64,000 nt of DNA, taken from assembly GCF_000143415.4 (NCBI RefSeq), contig NW_003314284.1:533805-597804 (forward strand). The letters are read 5' to 3'. The notes under the pieces are model-generated. The model made no database searches, had not been told where the DNA came from, and was given only the letters and a program-made list of their open reading frames with translations. The position numbers and the translations under genes were made by a program. This DNA is from Selaginella moellendorffii. Its lineage: Eukaryota; Plantae; Lycopodiophyta. Positions 1 through 11,944 of the stretch are shown here, in pieces (position 1 is the stretch's first letter; each line of letters opens with the position of its first letter).

Positions 1-13
1 AAAATAATCCCAA

Positions 14-770
14 TTATGGCAACAAAAGAAAACAATTTAAGCTTACAGCAAGTAGACAGGATTTTTCCATGATCTCGTTGGTTCCCGGGTTGACAACGAT
101 ATCGCAACTAAGTTTCGCCTACAAGGAAGAACATCATTTAGGAAAAAAAAGCAAGATTTTTTACCTCTAAGTGAGGGTGGACGAGCAAAAACTCCAAATT
201 CCCGGAAAAGTTCATGTCCGTCTCTAGAGGCAATCTCCCCCTGGCGATATCCAAGAGTAAACTCCCAGCATTCACAAACACTCGCATGCCTTTGAGATCC
301 ATCACCCCGTCCACGGTGACAACTTTCAGCGCTGGGATCTCGCCGCCTTCCAAGACCACCCGGCCGAGCTTATCGCCCCGGTACCCGAGCTCCACCACAA
401 TCCTGTCGTAGCGCACACCAAAGTAATTGGGATTCCTCACAAGCAATTGGACTTGAAACTTCAAATCCAAATCCAGCCCCAAATCGTTGGACCGCTGCTG
501 CTGCTCAACGATCGCCCTCTTGAGGCTGTCCCAAGACATGCTCACAAGCTCCGTCTTCTGCACCTCGATCTTCACATCGCTCGGCCACAGCATAAACGCC
601 GTGAAGCCCAACACGAGAATTATCGGATACAAGACTGTGAAGCACTGGAAAGCGCAGCTCTTCGTCTTACTGGACTCGAGAACCGGAGGGCGACCATCCA
701 GCGGCGCGTAGTAGTGATGGTGCACGACCGGGTAGCCGATCGCCTCGCCTCTGCCCTCCTCCTTCGTCAT
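14..770 (-). CDS. LEA_2 (late embryogenesis abundant / NHL-like) membrane-anchored protein
   Basis: N-terminal TM helix (LYPIILVLGFTAFMLWP), NPN motif (VRNPNYFGVRY) and beta-rich LEA_2-type sequence. 46-nt GT-AG intron at 119-164. Exon 2 reads AKLSCDIVVNPGTNEIMEKSC. The 3' end is uncertain. Confidence 0.8.
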
Positions 771-1232
771 AGCGCCCATAAACCCTAGAATTCCCTGAAG
801 AGCCCTAATTTCCCAGCAAGCCCTAAAGCTGTTTAATAGCTCCCTTTTCAAAAATTTAAAACTTTTACCCGCGCTTTCCGCCTGGATAACTTCGGAGTGG
901 ATAGATTTACCATCACTCGACTTATAACACTCATGTGGGGATTCGGGAATGATGGAAGAAAAAGCCCGGCCAAGGCGAACGAGAAAGCGATGGCGACTGG
1001 AATGGATTGGATTGGATTGGATTGGCGAAAACGAGAAGGAAAAAGAAAGACATTTTTATCGTGGGAGGATTGATGGATGGAAAAGGCTGGCCTCGCCTGG
1101 CGCCTGGAATTCGGCTGGACCGCGGCTGGCTGGCACATTTAACTTACAATGTTGGCGTCGTCTCGTCGTGTAATCTAGGAACCCAAGATTGTCACGAAAA
1201 GACCCACCATGTTATAAACAGAATGAGGAAAA

Positions 1233-1314
1233 TGCGCGCCAAGGGAATCGAACCGGGCACGCCATCCCCGCAACCATGTACGGGGCATTTTCAAACCGCA
1301 TGGCAATCGCGTGC
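1233..1314 (-). other. tRNA-like / SINE-head-like sequence (degenerate)
   Basis: Minus strand reads GGTTCGATTCCC (B box / T-loop) ...GGCGCGCA followed by TTTT, with an internal CCCCG/CGGGG stem. Acceptor and T stems are imperfect. Confidence 0.35.
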
Positions 1315-1316
1315 CG

Positions 1317-1436
1317 CCACGTGGTGAGGTGAAACCTTCTTCACCACGGATGTATTTACGGCGGAGCGGTAAACCCTAGGCTCCCCAGCCGTGCCGTTCG
1401 ATGCCGGGATCGTGGGGCTCGTACGCCGGCACGTGG
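1317..1436. promoter_or_regulatory. Two G-box/ABRE-like motifs (CACGTGG) in the divergent LEA_2 / hydrolase promoter
   Basis: CCACGTGG at ~1317 and GGCACGTGG at ~1428. Telo-box AAACCCTAG at ~1371. Confidence 0.4.
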
Positions 1437-1816
1437 ACAGCAGGTGGTATTTATCCTGCCGTTTGTGGAAATGGTATTCGCGTTTAAATATGATGGAATT
1501 TCCACAATTAGGCGGCACAGTAAAGCTCTCGGTACTTCGCCAAAACCCCCCTTTTTAAGCTTTTTTTTTCTCTCTTTTTATTCCTCTCTCCTCCTTCGCA
1601 TCTTCCTCTTCGCTTCCCTCTCGAAGCGTGAAGGAAGATCACTGGTGTGCTGTCCGTAGGCGCCCTAGAAAATCTTGTGGCGCTAGTGGGAGGGAGGATC
1701 AAAGCCGCGGCCCTAGGCGCTCAAGATCGAGCGCGCCCTTAACGGATCGCTCGATCGTCGCGGCGTAGCTATAGATCTCTTTCTTGCGAATCGGGGGAAT
1801 CAATCGAGGAAATATC

Positions 1817-3237
1817 ATGGCCGCGGGAGATTGCTGCGTTCCTCCGGCGTCGCATTTCTTCGACAACAGCGCGGAGAGCCTGGGCGTGCGAGCCTACACC
1901 AACGGCGCGCAAGGCGCTACCGAGGCGGTGATCTTGGTGTCGGATATATTCGGTACGCAAATTTCTTGCTTTCCTCCCCTCCAATTCTCTCCCGCAGCTC
2001 CACCAATTCTACCGCCAGCAAGAATGCTGGTGATCCATTGCATTGCCATTCACTGTTCGCGTGTAGCATCGCTCTCGCCACTTGAAATTTTCCTTCGCAC
2101 AATCGCTTTGATCGAGTCCCTGTTCTTCTTTTAGCTTTCTTTTCATTTCTTGTGCTTCGAGAGGCTAATATTTGCTCTCTTGCTAGGATGGAGCAGTCCA
2201 CTGTTGAGGTGGGTTTTGCACTGCTCTCACGCGCCAATCTTTCATGCTCTCGAGCTTTGGAAAATTCACTGAGCTTTTTTGTTTCTGGGATACAGGAAAC
2301 TAGCGGACAAGGTTGCTGCTGCTGGCTACCTGGTTGTAGTTCCAGACCTTTTAAACAATGATCCATTCAAGCCTGCCGAGAGTGGAAGTCCCTATGCAAC
2401 ATTCCCCGCGTGGATCAAGAACCATGAACCGGTAACTTTTAAGTTTTCGTATGAAACTCTCATCTGTTTCTTATCGGAGCTTTCCCTCTGCCTTCTGCAG
2501 CCAAAGTCCATACAACAGTGCAAGAAGATTGTGGCACTGCTAAAGTCGAAAGGTATCACTTCGATTGGAATCGCTGGCTTCTGCTGGGGCGGTAAGTTAA
2601 ATCGAAATGTTTCCCATCAATTTATTTTGGCAGTGGAGTAGCAGTACCGAGCACTAATATCTCTTCTATGAGTTTGCAGCTAAAGTAGCAGCCTTGATGG
2701 GAAGGGAGGACAGTGTGCGGGCAGTCGTGCTGCTGCATCCCTCCTTTGTGACGGTAGACGATATGCGAGGTGCGACAAAGCTTTTGATTTTCGTCTCGCT
2801 GTTCGGGCGTGTAGATTCACCCAAGCTTTTCGTGCAGAGATTCGTGCGCCCGTGGCGATCCTCGCTGCGGAAGTAGATCAGCGAACACCCGCCGCGGTGA
2901 TCGAGGAATCGCGTGCAATCCTTGCGAGCCGTGCTGAGGTTCGCTTTGACAATTCGCCTTTTTGCGTTCTTCGCTTGCTTGCGTTTGTCGTGTTTTCAAG
3001 GTTGTGTGCGTCATTGCCGCTGCTCTGTGGTGCTTGGAGCCAACGTAACCGGAGTGGAAGCTTTTGGTTTTGCTAACACCTTTTGCCTTCTCTCAGGTGG
3101 AGAGCTTTATCAAATTCTTTCCGGGAGCTTCTCACGGCTGGACTGTGAGGTACGATGTGACCAACTCGAGGGCCGTGGCCCAGGCCGAGGAAGCCCACCA
3201 GGACATGCTAAGCTGGTTCTGGAGATTCCTCAAATGA
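1817..3237 (+). CDS. Dienelactone hydrolase family protein (endo-1,3;1,4-beta-D-glucanase-like)
   Basis: Spliced motifs: CCVPP, VILVSDIFG, RKLADKVAAAGYLVVVPD, nucleophile GFCWG, VLLHPS, ILAAEVD, HGWTVRY, ending WFWRFLK*. Confidence 0.9.
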
Positions 3238-3457
3238 GAGGAAAAGTGGGAGAGCTTCTATAAAAGAGAGCGAGGAAAGGGACAAAGGAAATTCGTTTTG
3301 GTTCGTTCGTTTTCACAGGACAGGGAAGACAGCGAAAGCAGTTTTGTTCGCCCAGCAAAAGTTTTACTTGTTAGTGGTAGTGTTCTTTCTTAAAAAGAGT
3401 GGAATATTCCCCGCGCGGGGTTTTAGGGTTCTTGAGTTTTTTGGTGGCGCCATCGCC

Positions 3458-4882
3458 ATGGCAGGGTTGCTCATGCGCATTCACTGCGCGGCAGCTCCCC
3501 CGGCGATCGCCACGGGGTATCTCAAGTGCGGCGGCAGCAGCTCCCGGCGCGTCAGGCGGATGGCCCGGCTCGCATCTACCAGCGCGGCAGCCCAGGGCAT
3601 GGCGGAGATTTCAAGTAAGTCGTTTTCCAGGGAGCGCAGATTTCGTAGATTATATGCTTAGATCGCGTGCGTGCTCGCCATAGCCGTGCCGCTTCCGCAT
3701 TGGCAGCAATTCTTGACCCTGATTAGAGATCAGAGGCAGCATGCGAAGAGATCTCCTCTTTTTTTTTTTTTTGGATTCTTTGCATCGTTCTCCTCTCTTT
3801 CTTTTTCTTTCCGAGAAGGAATCAAATGCTTGTAAAATGTGTGTTTGTTTGTGTAGAGAAGGAAAAGGAGGCCGTTGTGACAGAGCGAGCTCCAGCTGCT
3901 CTTGGACCTTACTCACAAGCAATCAAGGCCAACAATCTCGTGTTCGTGTCAGGTGTACTGGGGCTCATTCCCGAGGTATGCTCAGCTTTTCCAAAGCTTT
4001 TTCCTTTGTTTTTTTCCACTCCTCTACTGATGAAGCATGAATGTCATCGATTGAAGAAAGGAAGAGTGGCTTGTCAGTTGAAAGGTGAATGATTGATTGA
4101 GCAAGCAATGCAGTGCTTTGTTTCATGGGATTCCATTGTTTTGTTTCATGGGATCGCATTGCATTGCATGTAAATTGCCCTCTTTTCGTTTTCCTGTGCT
4201 TCTGCTTTCCATGCTCGCTCTCTAAGTACGTTCGTGTCACGTCATGAGTCGGGAACTTTCACTTCATTAACCAGCGATCTCGCCTCCCTTTACAGACTGG
4301 AAAATTTGTTTCTGACAGTGTCGAAGGACAGACCGAACAGGTAGGGTGTGTTATTGTGTTGTAGTTTTCGGGCAGGGCGTTTTGATTCCTCTATCGTTTC
4401 TCCTTTCTTTTCTGTGCAGGTACTCAAGAACATGGGTGAGATTCTGAAAGCTGCCGGTGTTAGCTACAAGTCTGTGGTGAAGACAACTATCATGTAAGGG
4501 TGTCCTCTCTCTTCCGATCGATGCTTGGCTTCACATTTCCCTGTCGCTATGCCATTTATCCATCGCTGTTTCTGCTTTGGTTGTGTGTCATTCATCAGCT
4601 GGCTAGCTAGACGCTTTCTGATGTCAACTTTCGAATTCCTAGGCTGGCTGATCTTGCGGACTTCAAGGCAGTGAATGAGATTTATGCCAGATGTAAGTGA
4701 GCTCCTTTTCCCTCTTGCTTTACTTTGCTCTCTTGGCTTCCTCCAGGGGGGAATTAATTCCAGTGAGATACCGTGCGGCTTGTGCAGATTTTCCAGCTCC
4801 AGCTCCTGCACGATCCACGTATCAAGTAGCTGCCTTGCCTTTAAATGCCCGTATTGAAATCGAGTGCATCGCTGCGCTGTGA
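3458..4882 (+). CDS. RIDA: Reactive intermediate (enamine/imine) deaminase A, plastid-targeted (YjgF/RidA family)
   Basis: Transit-like N-terminus, then KEAVVTERAPAALGPYSQAIKANNLVFVSG, QVLKNMGEILKAAG, VVKTTI, PARSTYQVAALPLNARIEIECIAAL*. Confidence 0.93.
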
Positions 4883-5278
4883 TGTCGCTGGCAACCGGAC
4901 CGAGTTTAAGACAAAGGTTAGTCGACGATTTCATTTGGAAAACGAGATTATAATGTTTGATCAACAGAATTGCGTAGGGAAGAACCGGAACAACAAACGT
5001 TCGATGCCAAAGTAGAAAATGTAGAGAAGAAAAGCTCTTCAACGCTTACAAATCGAGGAGAGAGACATAAAAGACGATCCAATAATGATTGAGAGACCAA
5101 GGTGAGCATATTCTATTGATTCGTTGGAATGCCTCTCGTTGGCATTTGCAGTGCTAAGTATTGGCACTTTACACAAGCACTCCAAATTCAAACATTATGT
5201 TTGAAGGCAAATGTAGCCCTAGGCCTAGAAATTTTATTTGTCACGTGGCATCTCGTGTTCGTTGTGGAAAATCACGCT

Positions 5279-7122
5279 ATGGCGGCGGAGGCGCTGTGCC
5301 CTCGCCTGGCGTTTCTTCAAATCCAGCGCCGGGCGCTCTCCGATCAAAGGTATGCTCGATCTAGTTCATAGCGTTTCAGAATTTCTCAACTGGTAGGCGC
5401 TTGGATCGATCCAGAATCAGGTTAACACGAAGGGGTGGAAGAATGTGGACTCTCTGTAAGCGCGCTTCGATTTCTGCCCAGCGATTCGTGGTGTCCGCCT
5501 CTCATGTAAGCTATGTTTCTAGAGATTAGAGAGGAAATGCATTGGTGGTTTTAATTCACATTTGGTTCCAAGCTAAGCAGTCTTCCGAGGAAGAAGGAAA
5601 GGAGGAAACCTCGAAGAAAGCTGATGATTATAGTGCAGTGTTCCAGAAGATAACACAGTCTGGTATGAAGCCTTGTTTTTTTCTCTGGTGCTTTTTTCTG
5701 ATCGAAGAACGAACTTTTGTTATTCTTTCAGACTTGACTTATAGGCATGAGCTGGGGATGAATTACAATCGTGTTCTCCCGAATCTCATCGTTGGTTCCT
5801 GCTTACAGGTTCTCTTTTTCTTTCTTTTTTCTTCTCGAGTTGCCAATAGCAACAATTTTCCAGAATCCTGCAGATGTCGATCGCCTAAAGAAAGACGAGA
5901 ATGTTACCACGGTGTGCAACCTCCAGCAAGATCCTGATATGGCGTAGGCTCTGTTTTCTTTGTCTCTGCTAAGTCTTCTAGCGTCCTCACGGATGTATTA
6001 TGCAGGTACTTCAACGTCGACATCTCTGAAATCCGTGATCATGCGAAGGAAGTTGGCGATTTTAATCATCTTCGACTGCCAATTCGGTAAAGCTGACTTG
6101 AGAAATTTTGTAAGCAGTTTTCTCATGGTTTTATTCTTGCAGGGACATGGATGGCTTTGCTCTTAGAATGCGGCTCCCGAGTGTCATTGCTAGCTTGTAT
6201 CAGGAGCTCAAAGACCGCGAAGGAACACTCTATGTCCATTGCACAGCTGGATTGGGAAGAGCTCCTGCTGTTGCTGTAAGCTCATTTTTTAGCGTTTAAA
6301 CGTTTTCATTTGTTTGCTGTGCGCAGCTTGGCTACATGTTTTGGGTACTCGGCTACGATTTGCATGAAGCGTACCTTCTACTCCAGGTAGGCAATAGTGT
6401 TTCTACCAGCTTACCCTTTCTTTGCAGTCGAAGCGGAAGTGTGTGCCAAGCATGGAGAACATACGTGCAGCGACTTGTGATCTGGTACTGTAAGCTCTTT
6501 CGGCTTTGTTTCTTAAAACTTAATCGCCTGGCAGGAAATCTGTCGATCAGCTCACAGGAATGACCAGAAGTCCCATTGGATTGCTCTACAGGAGAGGTAC
6601 CTGCGAGCATGTTGAAGTTGCTGGTCTAGACATTGGCTGGCATTCTGTAAGTACTCAAGTTGAACCTGCGTCTGAGGCCTTCTGTTTTTTTTCTTTCTTT
6701 TTTTCAGCGCCTGCCATTCAATTTCATATCGAGAGATGGTCACTGGACGTTAGAACACGAACTTCCTGTAGGCTTCTGCGCTATACGTACTTTTCTTGGC
6801 TCACTGAGCGAACTTCCGATTCAAACAGGTTGGAAGATACGAGTACAAGTATGTGATTGATAAAGAGCGATGGACTTACAATCCTCACGCTCCTATAACG
6901 AACCCAGACAGAAAAGGCAACTACAACAACTACATTGAGGTATGCTATGATCAATCCCTTCGCCCGATCACAAACTAAATCGTGTATCTGTTCCAGGTTG
7001 TAGACTCCGATCCCGAGAACTGGGAACTCCGGCAATATTGGAGGAAAGAAGACGCGAAGCTGACCGACGAGCAGCGGAGCGTGATCCTGGAGAAGCTCGA
7101 AGCCATGGGAAGCGAGCTCTGA
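5279..7122 (+). CDS. SEX4: Phosphoglucan phosphatase SEX4/DSP4 (DSP + CBM48)
   Basis: YRHELGMNYN..LIVGSCLQ, catalytic HCTAGLGRAP, VEVAGLDIGW, GRYEYKYVID..W and GNYNNYIEV (CBM48). About 14 short exons. Confidence 0.93.
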
Positions 7123-7190
7123 TACCACTAAACTCCGGCTATTTGTATGAAGGTATTCTTATCAATTGCAAACAGATGTGGGACTGATGT

Positions 7191-7853
7191 TTATGAAGAG
7201 ACTCCAAGGCTGGACGCACATCTGGGTGGATTGGTGTTGTTGGCCTCTTTGCTCCACTTGCTTCCATAGTTCCCAAGGCTGGATTTGCTTCTCGAGGTAG
7301 AGCCGCCGCTCTTTCTAGCTCTTGGAGCAACTGAAGAGACAGAACAGGATCAACCCAACCCAACGAAGAAGAAGATCAAGATCTCTACAAGATCACGAAG
7401 GAGAGAACCTGCAACATCGTCAATCCTGGGATCCGTGACGGAAGTCTTGGCGTGTCCGAACCAAGGCGGTGGATCCGACTTCATGGCGTGAGACGGCGGA
7501 TGGATCTTCAAGGGGGCCGTGATATCGGTGTGGGGGACCGCGTAGAAAGGATTCACGTCCTCCTTGGGCACCGAAGGCACCGGCTTGGCGAAAACTATCC
7601 TGGTGAGCGAGCACATCCTCCGGTGGTGGCACGGTGGTGGCACGTCCTTGAGCTGTGGGCTCTGGGAGTGACTGGGGACCGCTCGATCCAGGCACTTGGT
7701 GATGTTGGTAACCAGGCCATGGTAGCTCTGCTGGTACCGCCGGTTGAGGGCGTCTTGCTTCCTCGAGGTTCTTCGTCTCGCGGGTGCTGGATCGAAGGGG
7801 ATTGGCGGGCGACCAGCCTTGCGATTGAGAGGCGGTAGCTTTGGAGCCGGCAT
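7191..7853 (-). CDS. Hypothetical basic Pro/Arg-rich protein, probably two exons
   Basis: ATG-initiated GC-rich ORF with a plausible GT-AG intron at 7331-7408. No recognisable domain. Confidence 0.45.
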
Positions 7854-9037
7854 TGGCCCCTGCCGTTAAGCCGCGCTCTTGTAACTGTAAGGTTTTCACG
7901 TGACAGGGAATATGCTACTAGGATCTTTTGCATGGCAATTAGAAATGATCACGTAGTAGGCTGGCTGGTCGACTCTTAGTTTCTCCTCTTCAATGTCTAA
8001 TATATCAAAGATGCATCCCTTGCCTTCCAGAATCGCTTGTTTCCAACATTGAGCTTTTACTATAGAGGGCTCAAAACATTCTAGAATATTTACGGCCAGG
8101 ACCTAGGAGAGCGGCAGCAGAATTCAGACCCTGTAGTGGAGGTTAAAACGCCAGTTGGTTGGTCACGAAGGATTGTGGTCAATAATTTATATAGTCAATC
8201 TTTGATCAGCCAATGCAATCTTATACTCAGTTTCTTATCATGATGTGTGTTAGTTTCTTATGACCTGTTTGATATATCAAGGTGATATGTTTTTTTGGAG
8301 TGGTTTGCCTGATAATTACCATACTTTAAAAGAGCTGGCGGGCCAACTACCTGGGCAATGGTGGCCAGGGTTGGGTGTGCCAATGATCCTTTGTGTGATA
8401 GGGTTGGGATTCCAATTACAAACTTCACTACGTTTTTTCCATTGCCTGAAAACTTATTGGCAAATCTCACCATCAATCTTTTCTGTGTTCAGTATAAACT
8501 TTTAAATATGTGGTAATCTTTTGTTATAATTTAAGATTGTTAGTACAGGTTATTTGGGCGGAATGAATATCGGCCAGCTCAAAGAGCTCTTGGTCTCGGG
8601 TCCAAAGGCTTTAGCAAGTCGAGGTTTAATGGCAAGTGGTTTACATGTGAAAAGAGACGCTCATGATGCTATGCACAATAAGCCAAATGATGTGGTCAGC
8701 ATTATGTATAGAAATATATATGGTTTTTTTAACTCTAGCACCCCAATACATTCTTTCATGTAGTTTTCTCACATAATATATTATAATTCATACACTTCTC
8801 TTTTTGGTTTGCTTAGCAAACCTCTAGAGGTAGTGAATATACTTAAATATGCTTAAATATTTTAAAATATTCTATCACCTAATGGTTATTATACATTTTA
8901 ATTAATTTCATGTTTATAATTTATAAGCATATTTATCATTTAAACTTTCCTAACACTTCATAATATATTCTCGTTTAGTCTACCATCTAACTATTGCCCT
9001 TTATGATATCCTAGGTTACACTTAGGTTACACGTCAA

Positions 9038-9334
9038 ATGGAGAACATAGGGGTTGGGGTAATGGATGGTCTCTATTGGCATGGTATGGGGATTGGACTC
9101 GGGTTTGGAATATGTGGCTTCTGTATTGGCATTGGTCTTGCTTGCATTGGCTATGCCATTGAAAAATTTGCTGACAACATGGGTAAAGTTGGTGACTCTA
9201 TGAGAAAGACGAAGTGGAGTTTGCTGGAAATCATTGTAATTCTCATTAAATTTACATCTATAAAACTGCTCCAAAGGAACAAATTTAGAGGTCATCTTTT
9301 AGGGCTTATAAAGCCAGGTAGAATGCGGGTATGA
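9038..9334 (+). CDS. Hypothetical small glycine-zipper membrane protein
   Basis: 98-aa ORF with GMGIGLGFGICGFCIGIGLACIG followed by an amphipathic helix. Possible acceptor CTAG|G just upstream. Confidence 0.35.
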   Translation: MENIGVGVMDGLYWHGMGIGLGFGICGFCIGIGLACIGYAIEKFADNMGKVGDSMRKTKWSLLEIIVILIKFTSIKLLQRNKFRGHLLGLIKPGRMRV

Positions 9335-11588
9335 AGCTGGCAACAGTAGCAATGGCGAATACGAGGCGCGAGAATTTCTCATCTTCTCGAGGCGCCGGCA
9401 TTGCGCCACCGCCATCCTCCTGCCGGCAACGATTGATCAAGGGGTATCCACAAAGGTTGTTGTTTGATCCGAAACTCGAAGGGTCAAATCTGGTGTTAAA
9501 TCCATTCCCGCCTGGAATGCGTCCTTGCAGATGGTTCCCGCTGGCATTGAAGCCCCCCAGGAATCCTAGCTGGGTGAGCGACCAGGGAATCTCTCCTTGC
9601 AGGCGGTTGCTCGAGAGGTCCAGAGATTCCAGGTTTTGGAGCTGACCAAGCTCGCCAGGGATGCTACCGCTGAATCTATTGAAGGATAGGTTCAAGTTCC
9701 TGAGGCCGGCGAGCTTTCCAAGCTCCGAGGGAATGGTGCCAGTGAGATTGTTGGAGGAGACATCTATGGAGGTGGTGGAGGAGTAGATGTCACCAACAAT
9801 CCTGAACTTTCCTTTCCAATTGAGGAGAATGGAATAGCCCTCCATCTGTTGGAAAAACTCTCGGCTGCTCTCGAAGGCCTGCCTCCAGTCAAAATACACA
9901 CTGTTGCCAAAGTGTTGGATCCACTGGGTGAAGATTTCCTTCCAGTCCAGGATTCTGGGAAAGAAGAGCACAGTGTTCCTGTTTCCCGAGACGTCTTGTA
10001 GGCCGCGCAGTCCCTCCAGCCTTTCGGGAAGCGGTCCTTGCAAGTTGTTGTGCGAGAGGTCGAGGATTTGCAGCGAGGACAAATTTCCGAAGCACCGTGG
10101 AATGGAGCCTTGGAGATGGTTCCAGGCGAGGCTGAGTACGTGCATGTTGAGAAAGCCGCACAGTGGAGCCGGCAAAGTCCCCGTGAGATGGTTCCGGCTC
10201 AGATCCAGGAACACGAGATGGCTTCTGCTGGTGGTGATCATGCCGAGATCGACATTGCCACTTAAGTTGTTCCTGGAGAGATCAAGCATAACCACTGTGG
10301 TGAAGTAGCTTGGTGGAATGGAGCCCGAGAAGTTGTTACTACCAGCCGAGATGGTCAACAAGCTTGGCAAGCTTCCAACTCCGGCAGGGAGCTCGCCACT
10401 GAGCCAGTTGCCAGAGAGAGTCAGAAAGACGAGGGAGGTGGCGCTGTTGATGCTCGCTGGAATGCTGCCTTGGAACCGGTTACCAGAGATGTCGAAATCG
10501 CGGAGGCTTGACGTAAACAAGGAGCTTGGAAGTTGCCCCTCGAGCTGGTTACTAGAGGCGTAGAAGATCTCCAGTCGCGTACAGTTGGAGAAGGAGGGAG
10601 GAATGCTGCCGGATATCTGGTTTACATTGACGCTGAAGAACTTGAGAGTGTCTCTACGGCAGACGTTTGGCGGCAGCGGTCCGGTGAGGCGATTGAGCGC
10701 TACGTCGAACTCCTCGAGCTCAGAGTGGAGGCCAAACTCTTGGGGGATCTCGCCAACAAAGCTGTTTTGGAAGAGCCACACACGTTTCAAGCTTGGAAGC
10801 CTGGCGAGCTCCACAGGGATTTCGCCGCTCAGATTGTTGGCTTGGACGTAGATTCCTTCCAGATGAACGAGCCGAGAAACGTTGCGAGGAATGGGTCCAG
10901 TGAGGGAGTTTTTCCAGAGGAGGAGCTCACGCAGCATGGCAAAGCTCCAAATCTCACCAGGTATTTCTCCGCGCAGCTTGTTGTTCGCCAGTGACAATCT
11001 TCTCAGGTTTTTCGACGTGATGTTCACGGGAATTGTGCCGGTCAGGTTGTTGCCGGAGAGGTCCAGTTCCTGTAAACTCGGCAGGGTCATCACATCCTGC
11101 GGGATTCCCCCTTGGAGCTCATTGTTTGAGAGATCAAGCTGCGACAACCGACTAAGATTTCCAAAGCCAGCGGCTGGGAGCTGCCCCGAGAAAAGATTGG
11201 AGCTCAAGTTGAGGTACCTGAGCTTGTTGCACGATCCCAGAAACTCTCTTGGAAAGCCTCCACTGAAGCTGTTGTTCGACAGGTCGATGCTCTCCAAGTT
11301 TGGAAGCATGCAAAGCTTGGGATAAAGCTGTCCGCGCAAGCTCATACCGGAGAGATTCAGTCCTTGAACCGAGGAACTGGAGCTGTCGCACGCCACTCCA
11401 ATCCAGACGCATGGATTTGGATCTCGGCTGGTGCTCCAGTCGCTTAAGATCCAGGTCGTGTTGCTCTCCAGATTGGATCGAAACTGCAAAAGAACCGCAA
11501 CCTCGTCCTGTAAGAGCGCAGAGCCTGGAGATGGAAGCAGTGGCGCCAAGGAAAAGAGGAGCAGTGAAAACCATATTGCCGCGTTCAT
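9306..11588 (-). CDS. LRR receptor-like protein (no kinase), intronless
   Basis: Signal peptide, LRRNT (LSDW..NPCVWIGVAC), ~18 plant LRRs, island domain, 4 further LRRs, LRRCT (NNNLCGYPL..C) and C-terminal TM. Confidence 0.92.
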   Translation of the reverse strand: MNAAIWFSLLLFSLAPLLPSPGSALLQDEVAVLLQFRSNLESNTTWILSDWSTSRDPNPCVWIGVACDSSSSSVQGLNLSGMSLRGQLYPKLCMLPNLESIDLSNNSFSGGFPREFLGSCNKLRYLNLSSNLFSGQLPAAGFGNLSRLSQLDLSNNELQGGIPQDVMTLPSLQELDLSGNNLTGTIPVNITSKNLRRLSLANNKLRGEIPGEIWSFAMLRELLLWKNSLTGPIPRNVSRLVHLEGIYVQANNLSGEIPVELARLPSLKRVWLFQNSFVGEIPQEFGLHSELEEFDVALNRLTGPLPPNVCRRDTLKFFSVNVNQISGSIPPSFSNCTRLEIFYASSNQLEGQLPSSLFTSSLRDFDISGNRFQGSIPASINSATSLVFLTLSGNWLSGELPAGVGSLPSLLTISAGSNNFSGSIPPSYFTTVVMLDLSRNNLSGNVDLGMITTSRSHLVFLDLSRNHLTGTLPAPLCGFLNMHVLSLAWNHLQGSIPRCFGNLSSLQILDLSHNNLQGPLPERLEGLRGLQDVSGNRNTVLFFPRILDWKEIFTQWIQHFGNSVYFDWRQAFESSREFFQQMEGYSILLNWKGKFRIVGDIYSSTTSIDVSSNNLTGTIPSELGKLAGLRNLNLSFNRFSGSIPGELGQLQNLESLDLSSNRLQGEIPWSLTQLGFLGGFNASGNHLQGRIPGGNGFNTRFDPSSFGSNNNLCGYPLINRCRQEDGGGAMPAPREDEKFSRLVFAIATVASFIPAFYLAL

Positions 11589-11944
11589 CTTTGAGACGCC
11601 TCTGGCTCGCAAGAAGTTATCTAAGGCAACGATGAACAAAATAGAATTTTTCTTCTATCAGCGATTCGTTGAAACGACTTGGAGGAGATCCTTGGAAAGC
11701 TTCGTTCCGCTACATCTTTAAAGAAAAGAGTGGACCTTGGTGAAGAAGAAGAAGTGAAACACGCAAGTAAATATGAAGAGTGTTCCTTTGGCCCCGTCAA
11801 AGGAACTGTTATTGCCATTGACATTCATCGTCAACCACTTCATGCAAGGATTTGTTTTCCAGTAAGGTGGCAGGTCAAGCGCCGCTTGGCAATACGACCA
11901 TCTTCGTGAGTCTTGTTAATCAGATCCTCTAGCGGCGAGAAATT

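Noticed and set aside
9331-11721. Numerous plus-strand ORFs over the LRR gene (likewise over serpin, SERAC1-like and DUF1191)
   Set aside because: Antisense or alternative-frame shadows of GC-rich coding sequence.
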